DNA from: an uncultured Eubacteriales bacterium
GTDB lineage: Bacteria > Bacillota > Clostridia > Christensenellales > CAG-138
Length of the DNA stretch: 64,000 bases
Reading direction: 5' to 3'
NCBI GenBank assembly: GCA_900319345.1
Contig: ONNZ01000011.1
Span: forward strand, 6,411-70,410
Under the pieces are notes generated by a model, which saw only the letters and a program-made list of their open reading frames with translations, was not told where the DNA came from and searched no databases. Both the position numbers and the translations under genes were made by a program. Of this stretch, positions 54,141 to 62,905 are shown piece after piece (the stretch's first letter is position 1; each line of letters opens with the position of its first letter).

Positions 54141-54334
54141 GGTACGGGAAAAGTCGTTTTTTCCAGATCACGAGGGATTGATCGTGTACCATGCTCCCGT
54201 CTTGGGGCGCTCTTTACACGCAGTCTCTTTGCCGTTCGGTGAAGAGCTTTTTTCGTGCCGTGGGTCACGCTGATGTACGCATCACATACATCGGGGGACG
54301 CCCAGGCGTCCCAAGAAAAGAAGAGGAGGAACCT

Positions 54335-57007
54335 ATGAAAAGAAAGATCGCATTGTTTCTGGCCCTCGTCATGCTGGCAGCCGTCAGCGTGATCGCTCTG
54401 CCCACCATGGCGGAGGGAGAGGAGCCCTCTGAGGCCGATAAGGAAGCCGCCGCCAAGGTGGCCGCCCTCATCGATGCCATCTACGTCCAGCAGCGGACCG
54501 AGACCACCGACGCCGACTGCGCCGCCGCCAAGGCCGCCTGGGACGCACTGACCGATCTGCAGAAATCCCTGGTGGAGGGCGAGGAGGCCGATCCCGACTA
54601 TTTCGGCCGGGACACCGGCGACGCCTCCAAGGACGATCCCCGGAACGCCGACGAGATCGGTGAGAACGAGCTGTTGGTGGTGAGCTTCGGCACCTCCTTC
54701 AACGACAGCAGGGCCGAGGACATCGGCGGCATCGAAGCCGCCCTGGCCGCCGCCTTCCCCGAGTGGTCCGTGCGCCGGGCCTTCACCGCCCAGATCATCA
54801 TCAACCACGTCCAGGCCCGGGACGGCGAGTTCATCGACAACATGGACCAGGCCCTGGAGCGTGCCGTGAAGAACGGCGTGAAGAACCTGATCGTCCAGCC
54901 CACCCATCTCATGCACGGCGCCGAGTACGACGAGCTGGTGGAGGCCGTGACCAAGTACGCCGACAAGTTCGCCACCGTCACCGTGGCCGAGCCCCTGCTG
55001 GGCCAGGTGGGCGCTGACGCCGCCGCCGTGAACAACGACAAGCAGACCGTGGCCGAGGCCGTAGTGGCCGCCGCCGTGGCGGACGGTGGGTTCTCCAGCC
55101 TCCACGCCGCCGAGAAGGACGGCACCGCCATCGTGCTCATGGGCCACGGCACCGCCCACAGCGCCAAGGTCACCTACTCCCAGATGCAGACCATGATGCG
55201 GGAGCTGGGCTACAAGAACGTGTTCATCGGTACCGTGGAGGGCGAGCCCGAGGAGACCGCCTGCGAGGAAGTCATCAAGGCCGTCCATGAGGCTGGCTAC
55301 ACCAAGGTCATCCTGCGGCCCCTGATGGTGGTGGCCGGCGACCACGCCAACAACGACATGGCCGATCCTGAGGACGAGGAGTCCTGGCTGAGCCAGTTCA
55401 AGGCCTCCGAAAAGTTCACCGACGTCCAGTGCCAGATCGCGGGCCTCGGCCGGATCGAGACCGTCCAGAAGCTGTATGTGAACCATGCCCAGGCCGCCGT
55501 CTACGCCATGGCCCCCGCCAACGAGACCGACGCCGAGGCCGGCGCCCGGGTGGGCCAGCTCATCGACGCCATCTACGTCCAGCAGCGGACCGAAACCACC
55601 GACGCCCAGTGCGCGGCCGCCAAGGCCGCCTGGGACGCTCTGACCGACGCCCAGAAGGAGCTCGTCGAGGGCGAGGAAGCTGATCCCGATTACTTCGGCC
55701 GCGACACCGGCGACGCCAAGCTGGACGATCCGCTGAACAAGAACGGCATCGGCGAGAACGAGCTCCTGGTGGTGAGCTTCGGCACCTCCTTCAACGAAAG
55801 CCGGGCTCAGGATATCGGCGGCATCGAGAAGGCTTTGGCCGCCGCGTTCCCCGAGTGGGCTGTGCGCCGGGCCTTCACCGCCCAGATCATCATCAACCAC
55901 GTCCAGGCCAGGGACGGCGAGTTCATCGACAACATGGACCAGGCCCTGGATCGCGCCGTCATGAACGGCGTCAAGAACCTGATCGTCCAGCCCACCCACC
56001 TCATGCACGGCGCCGAGTACGACGAGCTGGTGGATGCTGTCACGAAATACGCCGACAAGATGACCATTGTGGTGGCCGAGCCCCTGCTGGGCCAGGTGGG
56101 CGCTGACGCCAACCAGGTCAACACCGACAAGCAGACCGTGGCCAAGGCCGTGGTGGATGCGGCCGTGAAGGCCGCTGGGGCCGAGTCTTTGGAGGCCCTG
56201 GAGAAGGACGGCACCGCCCTGGTGCTCATGGGCCACGGCACTGCCCACAGCGCCAAGGTCACCTACTCCCAGATGCAGACCCAGATGAAGGAACTGGGCT
56301 ATAAGAACGTGTTCATCGGCACCGTGGAGGGCGAGCCCGAGGAGACCGCCTGTGAGGCCGTCATCGAGGCCGTCAGCGCCGCCGGCTACACCAAGGTCAT
56401 CCTGCGGCCCCTGATGGTGGTGGCCGGCGACCACGCCAACAACGACATGGCTGACCCTGAGGACGAGGAGTCCTGGCTGAGCCAGTTCAAGGCCTCCGAA
56501 AAGTTCACCGATATCCAGTGCCAGATCGAGGGCCTTGGCCGGATCGAGACCGTCCAGGCGCTGTACGTCGCCCATACCAAGGCGGTCATCGACGAGAAGG
56601 GCCTGCAGGTGGAAGCGGCCGCCGCCCCCGCCGCGGCCCTGGCTGACGGCGTCTACAAGGCCACCTTCAAGACCGACAGCAGCATGTTCCATGTGAACGA
56701 GGCCTGCAAGGGACAGGGCACCCTAACCGTGAAGGACGGGCAGATGACCATCCACATCAGCCTGGTGTCCAAGAACATCACCAACCTGTATCTGGGCCTG
56801 AAGGACGACGCCCAGAAGGAGGGCGCGGACATCCTGCAGCCCACCACCGATACGGTGAAGTACGACGACGGCACCACGGACGAGGTCTACGGCTTCGACG
56901 TGCCCGTGGCGGCCCTGGACGAGGAATTCGATCTCGCCATCCTGGGCAAGAGCGGCAAGTGGAACGACCACAAGGTAGTGGTCACCAACCCCGTGCCCGA
57001 AGCGTAA
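54335..57007 (+). CDS. secreted protein with two tandem CbiK-type (class II chelatase fold) domains and a C-terminal beta-rich domain
   Basis: The start MKRKIALFLALVMLAAVSVIALPTMA (signal peptide) follows GAGGAGGA. Each ~364-aa repeat has VVSFGTSF, IVQPTHLMHGAEY and LMGHGTAH, which are CbiK signatures. The C-terminal ~130 aa resemble the next gene's product. Confidence 0.75.
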   Translation: MKRKIALFLALVMLAAVSVIALPTMAEGEEPSEADKEAAAKVAALIDAIYVQQRTETTDADCAAAKAAWDALTDLQKSLVEGEEADPDYFGRDTGDASKDDPRNADEIGENELLVVSFGTSFNDSRAEDIGGIEAALAAAFPEWSVRRAFTAQIIINHVQARDGEFIDNMDQALERAVKNGVKNLIVQPTHLMHGAEYDELVEAVTKYADKFATVTVAEPLLGQVGADAAAVNNDKQTVAEAVVAAAVADGGFSSLHAAEKDGTAIVLMGHGTAHSAKVTYSQMQTMMRELGYKNVFIGTVEGEPEETACEEVIKAVHEAGYTKVILRPLMVVAGDHANNDMADPEDEESWLSQFKASEKFTDVQCQIAGLGRIETVQKLYVNHAQAAVYAMAPANETDAEAGARVGQLIDAIYVQQRTETTDAQCAAAKAAWDALTDAQKELVEGEEADPDYFGRDTGDAKLDDPLNKNGIGENELLVVSFGTSFNESRAQDIGGIEKALAAAFPEWAVRRAFTAQIIINHVQARDGEFIDNMDQALDRAVMNGVKNLIVQPTHLMHGAEYDELVDAVTKYADKMTIVVAEPLLGQVGADANQVNTDKQTVAKAVVDAAVKAAGAESLEALEKDGTALVLMGHGTAHSAKVTYSQMQTQMKELGYKNVFIGTVEGEPEETACEAVIEAVSAAGYTKVILRPLMVVAGDHANNDMADPEDEESWLSQFKASEKFTDIQCQIEGLGRIETVQALYVAHTKAVIDEKGLQVEAAAAPAAALADGVYKATFKTDSSMFHVNEACKGQGTLTVKDGQMTIHISLVSKNITNLYLGLKDDAQKEGADILQPTTDTVKYDDGTTDEVYGFDVPVAALDEEFDLAILGKSGKWNDHKVVVTNPVPEA
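54455..56582 (+). repeat. intragenic tandem duplication, period 1,092 nt (364 codons)
   Basis: ctcatcgaTgccatctacgtccagcagcggaccga at 54467 recurs at 55559. Protein blocks LIDAIYVQQRTETTDA.CAAAKAAWDALTD and GENELLVVSFGTSFN.SRA.DIGGIE are near-identical in both copies. Confidence 0.85.
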
Positions 57008-57128
57008 CGGCTGTCCATAAAGGCGCCATCGACCCTGTATACGAAGCGGCGCGGCAGCTCGAAAAAGCTGCCGTGCCGCATAGCTGTATTCAAAGAAGAA
57101 AGTTTTTTGTACAGAAAGGACGCTCCCC

Positions 57129-57560
57129 ATGAAGAAACGGACGATTTGTTTGGTGCTGGTTTTCCTGCTGCTGACGCTGGCCGCGGCCTGCAAGAAGGCC
57201 CCTGAGGCGGAGGCCCCCGCGGAGCCGGAGGGCCTTCCGGACGGGACCTATACCGTGGCCGCCGCCCTCACCGGCGGCACGGGCAAGGCGAAGATCGCCT
57301 CCCCCCTGCAGCTCACGGTCCAGGACGGCAAGATCACGGCCACCCTCGTCTGGAGCAGCGCCAACTACGACTATATGAAGGTGGACGGCGTCCGCTACGA
57401 CGCCGTCATCGAGGATGGCCATTCGGTGTTCACCGTGCCCGTAGCTTCCCTGGAGGAGCCCCTCCCTGTGGTGGCGGACACGGTGGCCATGAGCACGCCC
57501 CACGAGATCGAGTACACCATCACCTTCGATCCCGCTACCTTGGCGGCTGACGCGAAATGA
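57129..57560 (+). CDS. small lipoprotein with a beta-rich domain, paralogous to the C-terminal domain of the CbiK-like protein
   Basis: MKKRTICLVLVFLLLTLAAAC carries a lipobox. DGTYTVAAALTGGTGKAKIASPLQLTVQDGKITATLVW parallels DGVYKATFKTDSS...GTLTVKDGQMTIHISLV in the upstream protein. Confidence 0.6.
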   Translation: MKKRTICLVLVFLLLTLAAACKKAPEAEAPAEPEGLPDGTYTVAAALTGGTGKAKIASPLQLTVQDGKITATLVWSSANYDYMKVDGVRYDAVIEDGHSVFTVPVASLEEPLPVVADTVAMSTPHEIEYTITFDPATLAADAK

Positions 57561-58726
57561 AGACCCGGGGGAAGAAGATAGCCTGCCTGCTGCTCCTGGG
57601 GGCCTTGGCCCTGGGGCTGCTCTTCGGCTGCGGAGGCGAAAAGCAAGCAGCGGCCGCGGCCACCGGCCCCGAGTGGAGCACCCTGGCGGCGATCCGGCAG
57701 GTGCCCCTAAAGCACGCCACCCAGTTCTCCCTGACGGAGTACGAGGGGGGCTATACCCTTTTAGACATCCCCACCAGCGGCCGGTTCCTGATCGTGCCCC
57801 AGGGGGCGGGCCTGCCCCAGGGGCTGGACGACGACGTGGTCCCCCTGTACGCGCCTCTCGACCGGATGTATCTCGCCGCCACGTCCTCCATGGACTTCTT
57901 CCGGGCCCTGGGCAGCGTCGGCGCCGTCCGCCTGTCCGGCACGGACGTGAACGGCTGGTATATCGAGGAGGCCAAGGCCGCCCTGGAGGACGGCTCCATG
58001 ATCTTCGCGGGCAAGTACAGCGCCCCGGACTACGAGCTGATCTTCGCGGAGAAGTGCGACCTCGCCATCGAGTCCACCATGATCTACCACAGCCCCGAGG
58101 TGAAGGAGCAGCTCGAAAAGCTGGGCGTCCCCGTGCTGGTGGAGCGGTCGAGCTACGAGGAGGACCCCCTGGGCCGCATGGAGTGGGTCAAGGTCTACGG
58201 GGCTCTGCTGGGCAAGCTCCCGGCGGCGGAAGCGCTGTTCGACGGGGAGGTCCAGGCCGTGGAGCCCCTGTTGGACCAGCCCAAGACCGGCAAGACCGTG
58301 GCCTTCTTCTACATCACCACCACCGGCACCGTGAACGTGCGCAAGAGCAGCGACTACGTGCCCCGGATGATCGCCCTCGCGGGGGGCGACTACGCCTTCC
58401 CCGACCTTAGCAGCGGCAGCGCCCTGTCCACCGTGAACATGACCATGGAGTCCTTTTACGACGGGGCCAGGGACGCGGATGTGCTCATCTACAACAGCAC
58501 CATCGACGGGGAGCTGTTCACCCTTTCGGAGCTGTTGCAAAAGAGCGCCTTTCTCAAGGATTTCAAAGCCGTGCAGACCGGGAACGTGTGGTGTACGGGC
58601 AAGAACCTGTTCCAGGAGCCCATGGGCCTTGGGAAGCTCATCTTGGACATGCACCGGGTGCTGACCGACGAGAACGCGCCCGAGGAGCTCACATACCTGC
58701 ATAAGCTGACGGACGGAGGCAAGTGA
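57557..58726 (+). CDS. ABC transporter substrate-binding lipoprotein, BtuF/FhuD (cluster A, class III) type
   Basis: ACLLLLGALALGLLFGCG carries a lipobox. The 389-aa ORF has an ATGA overlap with the previous gene and sits in the B12 regulon context. Confidence 0.75.
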   Translation: MKTRGKKIACLLLLGALALGLLFGCGGEKQAAAAATGPEWSTLAAIRQVPLKHATQFSLTEYEGGYTLLDIPTSGRFLIVPQGAGLPQGLDDDVVPLYAPLDRMYLAATSSMDFFRALGSVGAVRLSGTDVNGWYIEEAKAALEDGSMIFAGKYSAPDYELIFAEKCDLAIESTMIYHSPEVKEQLEKLGVPVLVERSSYEEDPLGRMEWVKVYGALLGKLPAAEALFDGEVQAVEPLLDQPKTGKTVAFFYITTTGTVNVRKSSDYVPRMIALAGGDYAFPDLSSGSALSTVNMTMESFYDGARDADVLIYNSTIDGELFTLSELLQKSAFLKDFKAVQTGNVWCTGKNLFQEPMGLGKLILDMHRVLTDENAPEELTYLHKLTDGGK

Positions 58727-59733
58727 TGGAGAAGCGGACGCGGCTCATACTGGGCTTTCTGGCCCTGCTGCTGGGGTTGGCGGCCCTGGTGGTCTGGAAC
58801 GTGAACGCCGGGAGCGTCCACGTGTCCCCGGGGGAGATCGTGTCCATCCTCCTGGGTCAAGGCGGCGGCAACGACGTGATCGTCCGCAGCATCCGCCTGC
58901 CCCGCATCTTCGCCGCGGCCCTGCTGGGCGGGGCCCTGGCCCTCTCCGGCTTCCTGCTCCAAACCTTCTTCGCCAACCCCATCGCCGGCCCCTTCATCCT
59001 GGGCATCTCCTCGGGGGCGAAGCTGGTCCTGTCCCTGACCCTCATCGGCTTCCTCTCCCGAGGCGTGGCCGTGGGGTCTGTGACCCTCATCCTGGCCTCC
59101 TTCGTGGGGGCCATGCTGTCCATGAGCTTCGTGCTGCTCATTTCCTCCAAGGTGAAGCGGATGTCGCTGCTCATCATCTCCGGCGTCATGATCGGCTATA
59201 TCTGTTCCGCCGTCACCGATTTCGTCATCACCTTCGCCGACGACGCCAACATCGTGAATCTGCACCACTGGTCCTTGGGCAGCTTTTCCGGCATCACCTG
59301 GGGCAACGTGGGCGTCATGGCGTCGGTGATCCTACCCGCCCTGCTGGTAGCCTTCCTGCTCAGTAAGCCCATCAGCGCCTACCAGCTGGGGGAGGTCTAC
59401 GCCCAGAACATGGGGGTCAACGTCCGGGCCTTTCGGGCGGCGCTGATCCTCCTCTCCAGCGTCCTTTCCGCCGCGGTCACCGCCTTTGCGGGCCCCATCT
59501 CCTTCGTGGGCGTGGCGGTGCCCCATCTCATCCGCAGCATCTTCAAGACGGCTAAGCCCCTCGTCATGATCCCCGCCTGCTTCCTGGGCGGGGCGGTGTT
59601 CTGCCTCCTCTGCGACCTGATCGCCCGGACCGCCTTCGCGCCCACGGAGCTGTCCATCAGCTCCGTCACGGCCTTGTTCGGGGCGCCGGTGGTCATATTG
59701 GTCATGCTCCGGCGGCAGAAGGAAAACCTGTAA
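58723..59733 (+). CDS. FecCD/BtuC-family ABC transporter permease
   Basis: The 336-aa polytopic ORF has RLPRIFAAALLGGALALSG, NPIAGPFILGISSGA and GPISFVGVAVPHL. Confidence 0.88.
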   Translation: MMEKRTRLILGFLALLLGLAALVVWNVNAGSVHVSPGEIVSILLGQGGGNDVIVRSIRLPRIFAAALLGGALALSGFLLQTFFANPIAGPFILGISSGAKLVLSLTLIGFLSRGVAVGSVTLILASFVGAMLSMSFVLLISSKVKRMSLLIISGVMIGYICSAVTDFVITFADDANIVNLHHWSLGSFSGITWGNVGVMASVILPALLVAFLLSKPISAYQLGEVYAQNMGVNVRAFRAALILLSSVLSAAVTAFAGPISFVGVAVPHLIRSIFKTAKPLVMIPACFLGGAVFCLLCDLIARTAFAPTELSISSVTALFGAPVVILVMLRRQKENL

Positions 59734-59742
59734 GGAGGGAGC

Positions 59743-60882
59743 ATGGATACCTGGTACATTCGCACCGAGCATATGGACGTGGGCTACGACGGGGTGCCCC
59801 TGATCCGAAACATCGAGATCGGCGTCCGCCGGGGGGAGATCTTGACCCTCATCGGCCCCAACGGCTCCGGCAAATCCACCATATTAAAGAGCATGATCCG
59901 GCAGCTGAAGCTTCTGGCGGGCGTGGTGGTCCTGGACGGGGAGGCCATGGCCGCCATGAAGGAGGGGGACATCGCCAAGAAGATGGCCATCGTCATGACG
60001 GAGCGCCTTCGGGCGGAGCTCATGACCGGCGAGGACGTGGTCGCCACGGGCCGCTACCCCTACACGGGCCGGTTGGGCATCCTGACGGCAGCCGATAAAC
60101 AGAAGGTGAGGGAGGCCGTCGCCCTGGTCCACGGGGAGGATTTCGCGGATCGGCCCTTTAGTCAGATCAGCGACGGCCAGCGGCAGCGGCTGCTCCTCGC
60201 CCGCGCGGTGTGCCAGGAGCCGGAGGTCATCGTTCTCGACGAGCCCACCTCCTTCCTGGACGTGAAGCATAAGCTGGAGCTGTTGGAAATTTTGAAGAAG
60301 CTGGTACGGGAGCGGAACGTGGCGGTATTGATGTCCCTCCACGAGCTGGACCTGGCCCAGAAGATATCGGACCGGGTGGTGTGTGTGGCCAACAACGCCG
60401 TGGACCGGTGCGGCACCCCCGAGGAAATTTTCACCAACGAGTATATCGAGGCCCTCTACGGCATGGAGGCCGGCAGCTACAACGCCCTCTTCGGCTCCCT
60501 GGAGATGGGGCGGGTGGCGGGCGCCCCCCGGGCCTTTGTCATCGGCGGCGCCGGCCGGGGCATCCCCGTGTACCGGGCCCTGCAGCGGCGGGGCGTGCCC
60601 TTCGCTGCGGGCATCTTGGCGGAGAACGATGTGGACTATGCCGTAGCCAAGGCCCTGGCCGTGGAGACGGTGGCCGTGCCCGCCTTCGCCCCCATGGACG
60701 AAGGGGCCTTCGATAGGGCCAAAGCCGTGATGCTCGGCTGCGAGCACGTGATCTGCTGTCTGGACGGTTTCGGCGAGCTGAATCAAAACAACCGCCAGCT
60801 GCGGGACGAAGCGGCGGTGCGGGGAAAGATCCTGCCGGTCAGCCGACTTTCCGAACTTTGGACGGGAGGTGGCGCAGGATGA
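59743..60882 (+). CDS. ABC transporter ATP-binding protein (BtuD/FepC-like) with an extra ~120-aa C-terminal domain
   Basis: It has Walker A GPNGSGKST, the signature ISDGQRQR and Walker B VIVLDEPTS. A non-ABC tail follows after residue ~255 (RAFVIGGAGRGIPVYRALQRRGVPFAAGILAENDVDY...). Confidence 0.85.
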   Translation: MDTWYIRTEHMDVGYDGVPLIRNIEIGVRRGEILTLIGPNGSGKSTILKSMIRQLKLLAGVVVLDGEAMAAMKEGDIAKKMAIVMTERLRAELMTGEDVVATGRYPYTGRLGILTAADKQKVREAVALVHGEDFADRPFSQISDGQRQRLLLARAVCQEPEVIVLDEPTSFLDVKHKLELLEILKKLVRERNVAVLMSLHELDLAQKISDRVVCVANNAVDRCGTPEEIFTNEYIEALYGMEAGSYNALFGSLEMGRVAGAPRAFVIGGAGRGIPVYRALQRRGVPFAAGILAENDVDYAVAKALAVETVAVPAFAPMDEGAFDRAKAVMLGCEHVICCLDGFGELNQNNRQLRDEAAVRGKILPVSRLSELWTGGGAG

Positions 60883-61856
60883 GCCTCTACGGCCTCACCG
60901 CCCTGTCCGTCTTCGCGGGCTTCGGGCTGGACTGCTTGCTGGGGGACCCCCTGAGCGCCGCCCATCCCGTGGTGCTCATGGGTAAGCTCATCTCCTTTCT
61001 CGAAAAAAGGCTTCGGGCCCGCTTCCCGAAGACCCCCCAGGGGGAGCGGACCGCGGGCCGGATCATGGCCCTTACGGTGCCCCTGATCAGCGCCGGCGCG
61101 GGCCTTCTGCTGCTGTATTTTGCTTGGCGGGTCCATCCCTGGGCCTACTTCGCTGTGAGCGCCTTCCTCTGCTGGCAGTGCTTCGCCGCCCGGTGCCTCA
61201 TGACGGAGGCGAAGAAGGTGGTGACCTGTCTCGAAACCCAGGGCCTTGCCGCCGGCCGCCGCCAGGTCGGCATGCTGGTGGGCCGGGACACGGAAAAACT
61301 GACCGAGGAGCAGGTGATCAAGGCCGCCGTAGAGACCGTGGCGGAGAACACCTCCGACGGGGTGGTGGCCCCCCTCCTCTGGATGGCCCTCTTCGGCGCG
61401 GCGGGCGGCCTCCTCTATAAGGCCATCAATACCATGGATTCCATGGTGGGCTACAAGAACGACAGATATCTGCATTTCGGCCGGGCCGCCGCCAAGCTGG
61501 ACGACGGGGCGAACTATATCCCCGCCCGGCTGTCGGCCCTGGCCATGATCGGGGCGGCCTTTCTCCTGAAGCTGGACGGCCGGGGCGCCTGGCGCGCCTG
61601 GCGGCGGGATCGGCGGAATCATGCGAGCCCCAACTCCGCCCAGACCGAGTCCGCCTGCGCCGGAGCGTTGGGAGTGCGGCTGGGGGGCGACGCCAGCTAT
61701 TTCGGCCAGCTCTACAAAAAGCCCACCATCGGCGACCCCCGCCGGCCCATAGAGCGGGCGGACGTGACGCGGGCCTGCAACCTGATGTACGGCACCAGCG
61801 GCCTGCTGCTGGCGTTTTATGGGGTACTTTTGCTGCTGGGAGGGATGCTGCTATGA
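60879..61856 (+). CDS. cbiB: adenosylcobinamide-phosphate synthase
   Basis: MSLYGLTALSVFAGFGLDCLLGDPLSAAHPVVLMG is the CbiB/CobD membrane family. An ATGA overlap joins it to the ATPase. The ORF-track start at 60858 is possible. Confidence 0.85.
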   Translation: MSLYGLTALSVFAGFGLDCLLGDPLSAAHPVVLMGKLISFLEKRLRARFPKTPQGERTAGRIMALTVPLISAGAGLLLLYFAWRVHPWAYFAVSAFLCWQCFAARCLMTEAKKVVTCLETQGLAAGRRQVGMLVGRDTEKLTEEQVIKAAVETVAENTSDGVVAPLLWMALFGAAGGLLYKAINTMDSMVGYKNDRYLHFGRAAAKLDDGANYIPARLSALAMIGAAFLLKLDGRGAWRAWRRDRRNHASPNSAQTESACAGALGVRLGGDASYFGQLYKKPTIGDPRRPIERADVTRACNLMYGTSGLLLAFYGVLLLLGGMLL

Positions 61857-62905
61857 TCATCAATACGGGCTACGGCCACGGGGGCGACGTCTATTCCCAG
61901 CCCATCCGTTTGGACTTCTCCGCCAACGTGAACCCCTTCGGCCCGCCGGAGCCGGTGAAGGCGGCGGTCCGGGCGGCGGCGGACCAGGTCTCCGCCTATC
62001 CCGATCCCTACTGCGGTCCCCTGCGGGACAAGCTGGCGGCCCTGAACGGGGTGGCCCGAAAGGACGTGATCTGCGGCAACGGGGCGGCGGAGCTGATCTA
62101 CCAGTTCATAGGGGCCCTGCGGCCGAAGAAGGCCCTGCTGCCGGTCCCCTCCTTCTCCGACTATGAGGGGGCGTTGGCGGCGGCGGGCTGCGCGCCCACC
62201 TTCTATCCCCTCCGGCGGGAGAGGGGCTTTTTGCTGACCGAGGACGTCCTGGCCCATATCAGCCCCGAAACGGACCTCCTTCTGCTCTGCTCCCCCAACA
62301 ACCCCACGGGCCGATCCGTGCCCCGGGGGCTGCTCCTTTCCATCCTGGACCGGTGCCGGGAGACGGGGACCTGGCTGTTTTTGGACGAGTGCTTTTTGGA
62401 GCTTACCGACGAGGACAAGGCCTTTTCCCTGGCGGACCGGCTGCGGGACGGGGACCGGGTCTTCCTCCTTCGGGCCTTCACCAAGGCTTACGGCATGGCG
62501 GGGCTGCGCCTCGGCTACGGTCTCTGCAAGAACCGGGAGCTATTGGATAGGATGTGCCGCTTGGTCCAGCCCTGGAACGTGTCCACGCTCGCTCAGGCGG
62601 CGGGCCTCGTTGCCCTCGATTGCCTCGATTGGCCGGAAAAGGCCCGGCGGCTGATCCAGAAGGAGAAGCCCTGGCTGTGCGGCTATCTGACCGCCCTGGG
62701 CTTTGAAGTGCTGCCGGGGGACGCCAACTACCTGTTCTTCTCCGGGGCCCCGGGGTTGTACGAGAAGCTACGGGCCCGGGGGGTGCTGATCCGGGACTGT
62801 GCCAACTATCGGGGATTGCAGCCCGGGGACTGCCGCATCGCCGTCCGCACCCGGCGGGAGAACGAGGAACTATTGAGGGCCATACAGGAGGCATTGGATG
62901 TTTGA
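61853..62905 (+). CDS. cobD: threonine-phosphate decarboxylase (class II aminotransferase fold)
   Basis: The 350-aa ORF has HGGDVY, NPFGPP, NPNNPTG and RAFTKAYGMAGLRLGY (PLP-Lys). It sits between cbiB and cbiD. Confidence 0.8.
   Translation: MIINTGYGHGGDVYSQPIRLDFSANVNPFGPPEPVKAAVRAAADQVSAYPDPYCGPLRDKLAALNGVARKDVICGNGAAELIYQFIGALRPKKALLPVPSFSDYEGALAAAGCAPTFYPLRRERGFLLTEDVLAHISPETDLLLLCSPNNPTGRSVPRGLLLSILDRCRETGTWLFLDECFLELTDEDKAFSLADRLRDGDRVFLLRAFTKAYGMAGLRLGYGLCKNRELLDRMCRLVQPWNVSTLAQAAGLVALDCLDWPEKARRLIQKEKPWLCGYLTALGFEVLPGDANYLFFSGAPGLYEKLRARGVLIRDCANYRGLQPGDCRIAVRTRRENEELLRAIQEALDV

Noticed and set aside
54056-56692. 878-aa ORF on the minus strand
   Set aside because: It is antisense to the tandem CbiK-like gene. 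It inherits an internal repeat only because the sense gene is duplicated. It is Gly/Leu/Val/His-rich and would run through the cobalamin riboswitch.
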